This document shows positions 28,361 to 38,320 of a stretch of DNA of 41,951 nucleotides, in pieces. The DNA is taken from assembly GCA_046757025.1 (NCBI GenBank), contig JBHHXN010000027.1, positions 1 to 41,951 on the forward strand. Reading direction: 5' to 3'. Source of the stretch: a bacterium (GTDB lineage Bacteria > Zhuqueibacterota > Zhuqueibacteria > Oceanimicrobiales > Oceanimicrobiaceae). Position numbers and translations under genes: made by a program. The notes beneath the pieces were generated by a model. The model searched no databases. It saw only the letters and a list, made by a program, of their open reading frames with translations, and had not been told where the DNA came from. Positions within the stretch are counted from its first letter, which is position 1. Each line of letters opens with the position of its first letter.

Positions 28361-28621
28361 TTACTTTGACGTATCCGTGTCCGGTTTAGTCGATTTCTCA
28401 GTCTTGTTAGCTTCCGGTTTTGTCTCCGCTTTGCCGTTATTATTTTTGTAATCGGTAATGTAAAATCCAGAACCCTTGAAAATCAGACCATTGCCTGCGC
28501 TGATCAACCTTTGAACAAGTCCGTGGCATTTGGGACATTCTGTCAACGGGCTGGCAGTAATACTCTGAAATTCTTCAAACTGATAGTTGCAATCTCCGCA
28601 TTTGTAATCATAAGTTGGCAT
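28361..28621 (-). CDS. FmdB family zinc-ribbon protein
   Basis: MPTYDYKCGDC...FEEFQS...CPKC...FKGSGFYITDY; start moved from 28648 to ATG 28621. Confidence 0.9.
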   Translation of the reverse strand: MPTYDYKCGDCNYQFEEFQSITASPLTECPKCHGLVQRLISAGNGLIFKGSGFYITDYKNNNGKAETKPEANKTEKSTKPDTDTSK

Positions 28622-28743
28622 TTCTTTTTTCCTTAACAAGTTCAACAAACTAAATAAAATAAACCACGAGCCATTCTGAATCGAGATGAATAACCGATCA
28701 AAGCGGACTCTTTTCGTGAGCCCAATTTGGTCAGATGATTTAT

Positions 28744-30264
28744 TTATGATTTTGGTTTGCGCATGGCTACGAAGAAGTTTCGACTTCCGCGTTGTACCTG
28801 GAATAACAAAATATCGCTATCGTGCTCATCGATCAATTTCATAAGTCTTCTCACCGAAGTCACTTTTTGTCGATTGACTTCTTTGATGAGATCGCCTGGT
28901 CGCATGCCTTTTTCAGCGGCCACACTGCCGCGTTTTACTCTGCGCACGAACACTCCGCGCTGGTTTTCGTAACCATATTGTTCGGCCAATTGTGGGGTCA
29001 GATCCGTCAATTCCATGCCGAGCTCATCCAGCGTATCCTGATTTTTAGCCATCGCTGGTTTGGCTGGTTCCGCACCCGGTCGTTCACCCAGCTTCACATC
29101 CAAATATTTCGTACGGCCATCTCGTACAATTTTCAATTTAACCGTTTCACCGGGATTAAACGAGGCAATCATGTTGGTAAGCATTTGCGAATCTTCCACC
29201 TTTTTGCCGTTGACTTCTATGACGACGTCCCCCACTTCCAGCCCAGCTTCGTCTGCTGGGGTGTCTTTCATCACCTCATTTACGATGGCGCCACGTACGT
29301 CCTCCAATTTCAAAGCTTCGCTCATTTCAGCATCCGGAGTGCCGATCCTCACGCCGAGATAGCCGCGGGTCACTTTCCCTTCCGCAATCAAGTCATCCAT
29401 GACCCGTTTGGCCATGTTGATGGGAATGGCAAAACCGATCCCGATATTGCCGCCGGTGTTGCCCGGCAAAATGGCGGTATTGATTCCGATCAACTCCCCT
29501 CGAATGTTCACCAGCGCACCCCCGCTGTTGCCCGGGTTGATGGCCGCGTCGGTCTGAATAAAATCCTGATAAAACAATTCACCGCTCAATTCCAGATTGG
29601 AACGCCCTTTGGCACTGATAATTCCCGAAGTCACCGTGTGCTGTAATTTTAGATCAAACGGACTGCCGATAGCCAGAACCCACTCGCCGACCTCCAGCTT
29701 GTCCGAATCGCCAAGTTGAGCATAAGCCAGGTGGTCTTTGTCGATTTTGATCACGGCGATGTCGGTCATGGGATCGGTGCCGATGATTTCGGCATCAAAT
29801 TCTTGTCTATCGATGATGACGTTGACTTCGTCCGCATCTTTAATTACATGATAATTAGTTAAAATATATCCTTTCGGGGAGACAATCACACCCGATCCCA
29901 AACCCCGTTGTCTAAATTCCTGCTCGCCGCCGCTGTCGGGGACACGAAAGAATCTTCGAAAAAAATCATCGTTGTTAAAAAAATCGGCGAATGGATTTCG
30001 GACTTTCACCACAGTTTCGCTGGTTATGGCAACCACAGTGGGCGTGATCCTTTTGGCGATTTCTACAAACGCCCGGCTGGTACTTTCCAAATCCGAGCCC
30101 ACTGCCGGGGGCGGCTGCTGCAATACCGCTGTGGGGCTGTTTTTCTCGTTTTCAGCCAATCCGTTTTGAGTCCAGTTAAAATTGGAAGCAATTATCAATC
30201 CCAGAATAATACCTAAAAATAAGGATAAAACAATAATGGGCGTTTTTTTTGAAAGTTGTTTCAT
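28744..30264 (-). CDS. degP: DegP/HtrA (Do) serine protease with 2 PDZ domains, canonical triad
   Basis: GLGSGVI, TNYHV (His), TDIAV (Asp), FIQTDAAINPGNSGG (Ser), two PDZ domains. Confidence 0.95.
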   Translation of the reverse strand: MKQLSKKTPIIVLSLFLGIILGLIIASNFNWTQNGLAENEKNSPTAVLQQPPPAVGSDLESTSRAFVEIAKRITPTVVAITSETVVKVRNPFADFFNNDDFFRRFFRVPDSGGEQEFRQRGLGSGVIVSPKGYILTNYHVIKDADEVNVIIDRQEFDAEIIGTDPMTDIAVIKIDKDHLAYAQLGDSDKLEVGEWVLAIGSPFDLKLQHTVTSGIISAKGRSNLELSGELFYQDFIQTDAAINPGNSGGALVNIRGELIGINTAILPGNTGGNIGIGFAIPINMAKRVMDDLIAEGKVTRGYLGVRIGTPDAEMSEALKLEDVRGAIVNEVMKDTPADEAGLEVGDVVIEVNGKKVEDSQMLTNMIASFNPGETVKLKIVRDGRTKYLDVKLGERPGAEPAKPAMAKNQDTLDELGMELTDLTPQLAEQYGYENQRGVFVRRVKRGSVAAEKGMRPGDLIKEVNRQKVTSVRRLMKLIDEHDSDILLFQVQRGSRNFFVAMRKPKS

Positions 30265-30393
30265 TTTATGACTCCTTATTAATTTTCAAATCTAAAAATG
30301 TTAATTAATTCAAACCCCAGCAAAAATTAGAAGTTCCAATTTGGGCCAGGACGACTTTTTGATCGGTCATCCTAATGGCTACTTCTTTGTCCG

Positions 30394-31485
30394 TCATTTA
30401 ACTTTGATTTTAACATACTGATCGCCTGCTGTCTGATCGTTGCGTGCCCCCATCCCTTTTAATCGAAAAGTTTTACCGCCGTTTGAATTTGGCGGTATCT
30501 TCAGCTCCACAGAATTTCCGTGAATGGTTTTAACCCGCACTTTGGTACCCTTTTGAGCTTTTTGCCGGTCAATAGGCACTTCGCAATACACATCCAGGCC
30601 TTTGTTCCAGAAAAAGCGGTGACTGGCAACTTTCAGCTGAACGATCAAATCGCCAGCAGGGGCACCGGCTTCGCCCGGATTTCCCTGTCCGGGCAATCGA
30701 ATCTTCTTGCCGTCTTCTGAACCCGGCGCGATTTTCATGGTGTACTTTTTGGCTTTTTTAATACGACCGCTGCCGGCACAATGTTTACAGGGATTCATTA
30801 TCACCCGACCTTTTCCCAGACATCTCGGGCAGGGACGATTGACGGAAAAAGCGCCCTGGACTCTGGAAATCATGCCAGAGCCGTTGCATTCAGGACAACG
30901 CGCCGGACTTTTGGCATTGGCCGATCCCGTTCCTTTGCAGTGCGTACATAATTCATCTTTCATGATGGAAAAGGTGGCTTTGCCTCCTAAAACCGCTGTT
31001 TTAAACGGCAATTCCAAATTCACTCGAATATCGTTCCCCTGCCGCATAGTGGAGCTTTGCTGGTGAAAGCCATTATCCCGGCTGAAGATTTGACTGAAGA
31101 GATCGCCAATTCCACCAAAACCAAACAATTCATCGAGATTTAAGGATGGCTGTCCGGTCGTTCTACGCGGACCTGTTCGCTGCGCTCCCTGGAAAAGATC
31201 GCTTAAATCAAAATCAAAGCCTTGGGCGCTGAATCCCCCGCCCTGTCCGGCTCCGGCAAATCCAAACCGACGCATCTGGTCATACTGCTGCCGTTTTTTG
31301 GGGTCGCTCAACACGCTATATGCCTCGGAAATCTCCTTGAATCTTTCCTCAGCGCGTTTATCACCGGGATGGGTGTCCGGATGATTTTCTTTCGCTAAAC
31401 GACGATAAGCTTTCTTGATGGCTTCAGTACTGGCGTTTTCTTCGACGCCTAATATTTTATAGAAATCCTGGTTCCTCATTACCAT
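30394..31485 (-). CDS. dnaJ: DnaJ co-chaperone (class A, four CxxCxGxG motifs)
   Basis: J domain with HPD, G/F region, CTHCKGTG/CPECNGSG/CPRCLGKG/CKHCAGSG, C-terminal domains. Confidence 0.93.
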   Translation of the reverse strand: MVMRNQDFYKILGVEENASTEAIKKAYRRLAKENHPDTHPGDKRAEERFKEISEAYSVLSDPKKRQQYDQMRRFGFAGAGQGGGFSAQGFDFDLSDLFQGAQRTGPRRTTGQPSLNLDELFGFGGIGDLFSQIFSRDNGFHQQSSTMRQGNDIRVNLELPFKTAVLGGKATFSIMKDELCTHCKGTGSANAKSPARCPECNGSGMISRVQGAFSVNRPCPRCLGKGRVIMNPCKHCAGSGRIKKAKKYTMKIAPGSEDGKKIRLPGQGNPGEAGAPAGDLIVQLKVASHRFFWNKGLDVYCEVPIDRQKAQKGTKVRVKTIHGNSVELKIPPNSNGGKTFRLKGMGARNDQTAGDQYVKIKVK

Positions 31486-31679
31486 GAAATAAACACAACT
31501 ATATTAATAAATATGAACCTAACTTCTTAAATTACCGTTCACTTTAGGCTCCTTCACCACTCACCGACTTTCTTTCGGAAATGCGACTTCAATTTAAAAG
31601 TTAATTATTGAACTAAAAAACGAATTTCCCTATACCTTGCTTATTTAAGAAAGCCGGCAAATTACAACCTGATGTCACA

Positions 31680-31695
31680 AGCAAATTATATGCCA
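31680..31695 (-). promoter_or_regulatory. Sigma-54 (-24/-12) promoter of dnaJ-degP
   Basis: TGGCATATAATTTGCT, exact GG-N10-GC spacing, downstream of the terminator of the preceding gene. Confidence 0.75.
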
Positions 31696-31813
31696 CCCGA
31701 TTACATACAGATAACTGCCTTATTATTAATTTTTTAGAATAGTTTATACGTAAAGGCAGAATCGGTCTATTTGTCACAAAATGGATGATCAACTGTCAGG
31801 CATTCCACATTGC

Positions 31814-31843
31814 AATAAAAAAGGCAGAAACGAATTCTGCCTT
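31814..31843 (-). terminator. Rho-independent terminator after the second degP
   Basis: AAGGCAGAA-N5-TTCTGCCTT followed by a T-tract on the minus strand. Confidence 0.8.
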
Positions 31844-31924
31844 CTGAGAGTTTTTGACGCTGGCACGGAGCAGTTTGGTGGGCGTTACTGGTAACGCAGT
31901 TCGTGTGAAAATGGCTGTGAATTA

Positions 31925-33427
31925 TTAGGGTAATTCAATAAATAAATGGAATTCCTCTCCTCCCCGCACCACCGTCATCATAACCACGTCGCCTTTTTGC
32001 AATTCAGAAAAGACCAAAAGAAAATCATCGGCATTTTTTATGTCACTGTCATTAATTTCTGTGATGACGTCATTTTTGCGAATTCCGGCTTCCTCTGCCG
32101 GACTCCATCTTTCGATTTTACTCACGAGCGCCCCTTCCCGTCCAGTGAATCCGATCTCCGAGGCTTTTTCAGCGGTTAAACTCTCACAGGTAATGCCCAG
32201 ATTTTCAAACTCTTCCGTTTTGGATCGATTCACTACTTGCACCTGTTCGCTTTCTTTCAAACCCAGCATCACGGTCACATTGAGTTCTTTGCCTTTCCGC
32301 AACAAGGTCAAATTGATGTTTTCGCCGGGATTTTTTCTTGCAATTATCGCTTGTACCTGGTTGCTTTTACTCACTTCCTCATCGCCGATTTTCAGGATGA
32401 CGTCTTTTGGTTTGAGGCCTGCAGTTTCTGCCGGACTGTCGTCCAATACTTTGTCGATAAAAACGCCCCTCGGTCGATCCATCTCCAAAGCCCGCGCTTT
32501 CCGTTCGTCGATGTTTTGCATAGCAATGCCCAGAAAGCCCCGTTCCACCCGACCTTTATTGATTAAATCATCCATGATTTTTTTAGCCAAATTTATGGGG
32601 ATGGCAAATCCGAAGCCCGCATTGTAACCGGTTTCGGTGGCAATGGCCGTATTCACGCCGATCACCTGCCCGTTTAGATTTACTAACGCACCGCCGCTGT
32701 TGCCGGGGTTGATGGCCGCGTCAGTCTGGATGAAATTCTCCACACTGTACGAGTCTCTGATAATGTCGATCTGGCGTTCCTTGGCGCTGATGATGCCGGC
32801 GGTGACGGTTGAGCGCAGCTCTAGCGGGTTTCCAACGGCCAGCACCCATTCGCCAACCCGGCTGCGGTCGGAATCGCCTAATTTGGCTACGGGTAAATCG
32901 TTTGCATTTATTTTGATGACCGCCACCTCTGTCAGCGGGTCCAAACCCACAATTTCTGCCTGAAATTCCCGATTGTCATACAAAATCACCTGCACTTTTT
33001 CTGCTTTGTCGATGACGTGCACGTTGGTCAAAATATAACCGTCATCGGAAACGATGATGCCGGAACCCGAGCCTTGCTGTCGAAATCGTTCTGGGCGTCT
33101 GAAACGAAAAAAATCCCGCAGCTCATCCTGGTTGTGAAATCTTTCCAGATCTGCGGTATTTATCAGGCGTGTGCTTTGAATCGTCACCACGGTGGGGACG
33201 ACCAGCTCTGCAATGTAAATAAAAGCCTCGCTGGTGTTTTGCAAATTAAGCAACGTTTCAGACACCGTTTCCTGGGATCCTAACACCACTTTTCGGAAGA
33301 TTTTTTTAGAAGGAGTAGAGCTATTGGAGGTTTTGGTCACCTCAAGAGTTGAGGAGATGATTAATCCGATTATTGTACCAACAATCAAAATCAATCCTCC
33401 AAAACGCAGGGATTGTTTGCCACGCAT
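31925..33427 (-). CDS. degP: DegP/HtrA (Do) family paralogue with 2 PDZ domains and Glu at the triad Asp position
   Basis: GSGSGII, TNVHV, DPLTEVAVIKI, FIQTDAAINPGNSGG, two PDZ domains. Confidence 0.93.
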   Translation of the reverse strand: MRGKQSLRFGGLILIVGTIIGLIISSTLEVTKTSNSSTPSKKIFRKVVLGSQETVSETLLNLQNTSEAFIYIAELVVPTVVTIQSTRLINTADLERFHNQDELRDFFRFRRPERFRQQGSGSGIIVSDDGYILTNVHVIDKAEKVQVILYDNREFQAEIVGLDPLTEVAVIKINANDLPVAKLGDSDRSRVGEWVLAVGNPLELRSTVTAGIISAKERQIDIIRDSYSVENFIQTDAAINPGNSGGALVNLNGQVIGVNTAIATETGYNAGFGFAIPINLAKKIMDDLINKGRVERGFLGIAMQNIDERKARALEMDRPRGVFIDKVLDDSPAETAGLKPKDVILKIGDEEVSKSNQVQAIIARKNPGENINLTLLRKGKELNVTVMLGLKESEQVQVVNRSKTEEFENLGITCESLTAEKASEIGFTGREGALVSKIERWSPAEEAGIRKNDVITEINDSDIKNADDFLLVFSELQKGDVVMMTVVRGGEEFHLFIELP

Positions 33428-33452
33428 TATGGATTCCTTTATTCTATGATAA

Positions 33453-33659
33453 TTAAAATGTCAACTTTTTACGTATTTTTTTGAGAAAATCTTCACCTTG
33501 CCGGGGAAAAAGTAGAATAAATCCCAAAAATAAAAGCAGCACGCCGGGCAATACCGGCAGAATCAATCCGAACACGCCCAAAATAACGAGAATCGGAATG
33601 AGTTTCTTTTTATTTTGATTGAATTCTTTTATTTCGTCAAATAAGGATTTTTTTTTCAT
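33453..33659 (-). CDS. Small membrane protein (hydrophobic hairpin)
   Basis: 68 aa, hydrophobic hairpin GLILPVLPGVLLL with basic flanks; 25 bp upstream of degP. Confidence 0.65.
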   Translation of the reverse strand: MKKKSLFDEIKEFNQNKKKLIPILVILGVFGLILPVLPGVLLLFLGFILLFPRQGEDFLKKIRKKLTF

Positions 33660-34041
33660 GGGGATATGAACTTGAATATTATATCATACGAACGTTTATT
33701 GAAATAACGATATTTCAGCAAAATTGTTTTGCTGTGATAAAAATAAATTCAAAGCACACTTCGATGGGGGATAAATCGCATTGGCTTAAACGGATTTTTT
33801 TACCTGAATTCACATCTCCTGCGATTTATTCGCCAGACATTTTTCCCTCACACCCTGTTGTTTTTACCAACCGACTAACAGGATTGACAGATAGCATCCA
33901 TTTATCCAGCAATCATTCAGAAGCTTTCAGAACTCCGCTCCGTTTTTTTTATAAGATGGATTTGGAATTTTATTCAATTCTTTTATTTTTAATGGGCAAG
34001 AATATGTTCAATAAAAGCGAGTCGTATCCGACCAGACCTCA

Positions 34042-34953
34042 TTAAATATATTTTACCAGCTTCATGCGATTTCCGCGTACTTTATCGGCCTGGTACTCCA
34101 CTTCGTCCATGGATCGGCGGATAATATACAACCCGAATCCACCCGTTTTTCGATGGTCCATGGCGGACAGCACATCATAGTCTTTGGTATTAAACCCCTC
34201 AAATCCGACGCCATAATCCTGAATGATGACCGTAAACTTTTGGCTGTCGAATTCCACCCAGACATCTATCCAATTATCGGGATTCGAATGGTAGGCGTGT
34301 TCAATGATGTTTAGGCAGGCTTCATAAACCGCGATTTTGGCTTTGCCGATTTCTTTCGCGTTGAAACCGGCTTTTTCCGCGTAATCCGTCACAAAATCAC
34401 AAATGGTATATAAATTCTTGGCCATACTCCGGACACGTAGATGGTCGCTTTCGTGGGTGTCGGGTTCGCTTTCGGGCAAATCGACTTCTACATGTTCGCT
34501 ATCCATCGTGTTTACGGTTTCCTGCAACTTCTCGATGAGCGGGTCTTCTACGATGTCTTCGGTAATAATATTGGCCGGCGGCGGTTCCATTTCAGATAAC
34601 TGAAATTCCTGAAGCGCAAACGCTTCGTCCTTTTCCAGCGAAAGAAAACTTAGAGGCGAAAAGGTGGCCAGGTTATTTTTTGCAGAATGAGAAAGGTTGA
34701 CGATTTTGACATCGCCTTTAAAATTACGCGCCCGGGAGGTGGCAGAAATCAAAGTCGCGATCAAACTCGATGATGGGAATTGCACATTCGTTAAATCGAC
34801 AATAATTTTTGAATAACCGTTTTCAAAACACGTGTCAAACGATTCCTGCAATACTTCGTTGATGGCGTGGGTATTGGTAATATTTGCCAGTGGAATGCGA
34901 ACCACTTTGTTATATCCTGGAATACGCTGAATAACTTTTTTTACATCTGTCAT
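34042..34953 (-). CDS. STAS (anti-anti-sigma) / RsbW-type HATPase (anti-sigma kinase) fusion
   Basis: N-terminal KIIVDLTNVQFPSSSLIATL...GDVKIVNLS; acidic linker; AVYEACLNIIEHAY, DYGVGF, GGFGLYIIRRSMDEVEY. Confidence 0.85.
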   Translation of the reverse strand: MTDVKKVIQRIPGYNKVVRIPLANITNTHAINEVLQESFDTCFENGYSKIIVDLTNVQFPSSSLIATLISATSRARNFKGDVKIVNLSHSAKNNLATFSPLSFLSLEKDEAFALQEFQLSEMEPPPANIITEDIVEDPLIEKLQETVNTMDSEHVEVDLPESEPDTHESDHLRVRSMAKNLYTICDFVTDYAEKAGFNAKEIGKAKIAVYEACLNIIEHAYHSNPDNWIDVWVEFDSQKFTVIIQDYGVGFEGFNTKDYDVLSAMDHRKTGGFGLYIIRRSMDEVEYQADKVRGNRMKLVKYI

Positions 34954-35055
34954 AATCCTAAACTTCTATCCATACTTTTATTCAATAGCTTAATACGGGC
35001 ATGGGTGTAGGCACAAAGTAACTTTCATATTCATTCAGCGGTAAGGTAACCCCAA

Positions 35056-36720
35056 CTAAATCTTTGACTGTTCGATAAGGACGCGTTTTAAGACCTTGCC
35101 TATATTACTTTTCGGAAGGGAATCACAAAACTCAACCATTTTGGGTACCTTAAAAGACGCCAGTTTGTCTTTGCAATATAGAATGACTTCTTCGGCGGTC
35201 AGGGACTCCCCCTCCTTCACCACGATGACGGCTTTAACGGTTTCTCCGCGATATTCATCCGGCACACCAATCACCGCCGCCTCCAGTATTTTCGGATGTT
35301 CGAACAACACCTCTTCAATTTCTCGAGGGAAAATATTAAATCCGCCGGCAATAATCAAATCTTTCTTGCGATCCACTATGTAAAAAAAACCATCTTCATC
35401 CATTTTCGCCATATCACCAGTAAATAACCAGCCATCCTTGATAACGGCATTGGTTTCTTTTTCCATATTCCAGTAACCTTTCATAACCTGCGGTCCTTTC
35501 ACCACCAGCTCACCCACTTCACCCATGGGCAGTTCCTCTTTTGTCTCCGGATCGACGATTTTCGCTTCGGTGTTGGCCACCGGAATGCCAATGGAGCCTT
35601 CTTTGCGATTGCCCATGATGGGATTCACGTGCGTTACTGGCGAGGTTTCCGAAAGGCCGTACCCTTCCACCAGACGGCCTCCGGTGATGCTTTCGAATTG
35701 TTTGGCCACCTCCAACGGTAACGGCGCCCCGCCGCTGACGCAAGCTTTTATGGAGGCGATATCATATTTGGCAATGTTTGGAAAATTGTTGACAGCAATG
35801 TAGAGTGTCGGCACGCCCGAGAATAAAGTGGCTCGATTTTTTTTGATGGCCACTAAAATCGCTTTAATGTTGCGAGGATTTGGAATCAGCACCATCGTCG
35901 AACACAGCTTGACAGAAAGGTGCAAACCTGTGGTCAGACCGTAACTGTGAAAAAACGGCAAAGCACAAAGAATAACTTCCTGCGATTCTTGGATAGCCGA
36001 GTACCATCTCCGTACTTGAGTGACGTTGGAAACCAAATTTTTGTGGGTTAAAATAGCTCCTTTCGAAAGGCCGGTGGTGCCGCCTGTATAAAGCAGGATG
36101 GCGATGTCATCGGCCGTGACTGCGGCATCCGGCAGCTCTGAACAGAATTTTTCAGTCATCAATTCCCGAAAAAAATGAATTCCGGGTCTCGGTTTGATCT
36201 TAATCCAGCGGTCTTCTTTTCTGGCTTTAATTGGATAAAGTAATTTTAAATGGCCCGGCAGATATTCGTGCATGGAGGTTATGATGACGTTCTTAACCTC
36301 GGTCTCATGCAATATGTTGTCGAGTTTCGGAAACAGAATATCCAGCACAATGACCGTGCGCGCACCGCTATCATTGAGCTGATGTTTCAGTTCCCGTTCC
36401 ACGTACATGGGATTGGTGGGCACCAGAATGGCGCCAATTTCCAGCGCGGCAAAATGCGCCATGGGGTATTGCGGAATATTCGGCAAAATGATGGCCACCC
36501 GATCCCCTTTCTTTACTCCTAATCTGGTTAAAGCCACCGCAAGTTGATGCACCAGGTGATGCAATTTCCGGTAACTAATTCGGGCGCCGAGAAAAGACAT
36601 CGCCACACCTCGGGGATTGTTTTTTACGGCTGTGTTAAAAAGTTGAGAAAGCGTAAGATTGGGAAGTTCTAATTCATGAGGCACTCCCTTTTCATAAAAT
36701 CTGAGCCAGGGTTTCTCCAT
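35056..36720 (-). CDS. fadD: Long-chain-fatty-acid--CoA ligase
   Basis: YTGGTTGLSKG AMP-binding motif, EGYGLSETSP, GPQVMKGYW, GWLFTGD, VDRKKD, LPKSNIGK. Confidence 0.93.
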   Translation of the reverse strand: MEKPWLRFYEKGVPHELELPNLTLSQLFNTAVKNNPRGVAMSFLGARISYRKLHHLVHQLAVALTRLGVKKGDRVAIILPNIPQYPMAHFAALEIGAILVPTNPMYVERELKHQLNDSGARTVIVLDILFPKLDNILHETEVKNVIITSMHEYLPGHLKLLYPIKARKEDRWIKIKPRPGIHFFRELMTEKFCSELPDAAVTADDIAILLYTGGTTGLSKGAILTHKNLVSNVTQVRRWYSAIQESQEVILCALPFFHSYGLTTGLHLSVKLCSTMVLIPNPRNIKAILVAIKKNRATLFSGVPTLYIAVNNFPNIAKYDIASIKACVSGGAPLPLEVAKQFESITGGRLVEGYGLSETSPVTHVNPIMGNRKEGSIGIPVANTEAKIVDPETKEELPMGEVGELVVKGPQVMKGYWNMEKETNAVIKDGWLFTGDMAKMDEDGFFYIVDRKKDLIIAGGFNIFPREIEEVLFEHPKILEAAVIGVPDEYRGETVKAVIVVKEGESLTAEEVILYCKDKLASFKVPKMVEFCDSLPKSNIGKVLKRVLIEQSKI

Positions 36721-36765
36721 ATCAATCCTATGATGTTTGTAGAATTCAACCTCATTTATTGATTA

Positions 36766-36799
36766 AAACAAAACACCCACCCGAGAAATGGGGTGGGTG
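36766..36799 (-). terminator. Rho-independent terminator
   Basis: CACCCACCC-N8-GGGTGGGTG followed by TTTGTTTT on the minus strand, 20 bp after the stop at 36820. Confidence 0.75.
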
Positions 36800-36819
36800 C
36801 GCGTCTTGAGCGGATTAGC

Positions 36820-37869
36820 TTAGTTATTTCCGCCGTATTTATCACGGTTTTTTATCAGATCGATTTCATACTCTGCGGTTCTTCGCCACTGTCGGTCTTT
36901 GGCTACGATATCAAAATATCCGATGGCAGCATTAAAACGACCCAGACTTTTGCAGGCTTTGCCTGCTTCATAGGCGGCGGGAGCAAAATTCTTCTTGATA
37001 GCTAATGCCTGTTCGGCGGATTTTAACGCCTTGCTGAAATTTCCTTTTTTATTAAATACTACGGACAATCGATAATGGGGATCCGCCCAGCGCTTTCTTT
37101 TGGTCACGGCCAGAGCGTTCTCCAGCGCGACGACGGCTTCATCCAGACGGTTCAGCTCGGTTAAGCTGACCCCCAGGCTATAAAAGGCCAGATCATATTC
37201 TGGATTAATTTGGGTAGCCTTGGTGAAATTCTCAACCGCTTTTTTGTAATTCTTTTTCCGGTTCTGATACACCGCACCAAGCTCATAACATAACTTCGCT
37301 GATGTGGGATCGTATTCAATGGCTTTTGTATAGGTTTCGATGGCTTTGTCCGGCATTCCGCGCTGGCTGAATATTTTGCCTAGCGCGATATAAGCTAAAG
37401 AGTAACTTGGATTCTGACGGATGGCGCCCTGATAGGCTTTGGTGGCCTCTGCATATTTTCTCAGCTTCTTCAGCGCCAGCCCTTTGCCATAGTAAGCTTT
37501 GAAGAAGGTCGAATCCATGGAAATCGCTTTGTCATAACTGGTAACCGCCTGCTGATATTGACCCAGTTTATAGGCGTTGTTGCCGTCGTTGTAGGCCTTT
37601 TTCACCGCATTGATTTTTTTCATGGCTTCCACATCGGCCATCAACTTTGTTTCAATATCTTTAATTTCAGCTACCAATTTCTCACGTTCTTTTATCAGCT
37701 TGTTGTACTCATCAGCGGTGGGACTAGAGTTGAGTTTGGCATCGATTTCGCTGATGCGATTTCGTAAATGCTGCTTTTGTTGTTGCAAATCCTGGCTCAT
37801 TCCTGTGTTAGCGCAAAACAGGACAACCAGGAAAATTAATAATACCCGAATTTTTATTAACCGTTGCAT
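36820..37869 (-). CDS. Exported coiled-coil plus TPR protein
   Basis: Signal peptide, coiled coil, multiple TPRs; start moved from 37884 to ATG 37869 (GGAGGA RBS). Confidence 0.85.
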   Translation of the reverse strand: MQRLIKIRVLLIFLVVLFCANTGMSQDLQQQKQHLRNRISEIDAKLNSSPTADEYNKLIKEREKLVAEIKDIETKLMADVEAMKKINAVKKAYNDGNNAYKLGQYQQAVTSYDKAISMDSTFFKAYYGKGLALKKLRKYAEATKAYQGAIRQNPSYSLAYIALGKIFSQRGMPDKAIETYTKAIEYDPTSAKLCYELGAVYQNRKKNYKKAVENFTKATQINPEYDLAFYSLGVSLTELNRLDEAVVALENALAVTKRKRWADPHYRLSVVFNKKGNFSKALKSAEQALAIKKNFAPAAYEAGKACKSLGRFNAAIGYFDIVAKDRQWRRTAEYEIDLIKNRDKYGGNN

Positions 37870-37950
37870 AAGATATTCCTCCAAATCAGTTCTAAATAGA
37901 TTATTTTAACATAACTTTTTAATTTATAAAAAATTCTAATGTTGTTATAA

Positions 37951-38085
37951 GAATGACCTGTTGAAAAATAGCCTTCGACCCAGATCCGGCCGCAGCGTAT
38001 TTTTTCATTGTGAGTCCCGAAAAAATTTCGGGAACCATGAAAGCTCTTTAATAATCTATCAAAACAGATTTTCAACTGGTCATTC
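37951..38085. mobile_element. MITE-like element (family C), 135 bp
   Basis: 17-bp inverted repeats with one mismatch, GAATGACCTGTTGAAAA / TTTTCAACTGGTCATTC; central hairpin TCCCGAAA-AAA-TTTCGGGA (38015-38033); no clear target duplication. Confidence 0.6.
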
Positions 38086-38320
38086 CTACTAATTATTAAA
38101 ATTACTGGATGTTTATTCCCAAGAACCGAACGAACGTCAATTGGTGATTAACTAACCGTTTCCATGCGAAATTGAGTTACTGCGGTAGTTGAAACAAACA
38201 GACTCACATCTTAATCAGACTCTTCGACTCAGCAGTGTATTTGAAATCGTACTCACACTCCCTAATTGAAGATCAAAAATCCGACGCAAGTGCATGAACA
38301 CAATGGTGTTTTAAACTTTG

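Noticed and set aside
30379..30396. Read-through of the dnaJ TGA to restore a C-terminal tail
   Set aside because: Only four codons (RTKK) follow before TAG; no Cys context and no hairpin.
33734..34045. Plus-strand 103-aa ORF in the intergenic gap
   Set aside because: No RBS or motif, opposite to local gene orientation, and it occupies the likely promoter region of the small membrane protein-degP unit.
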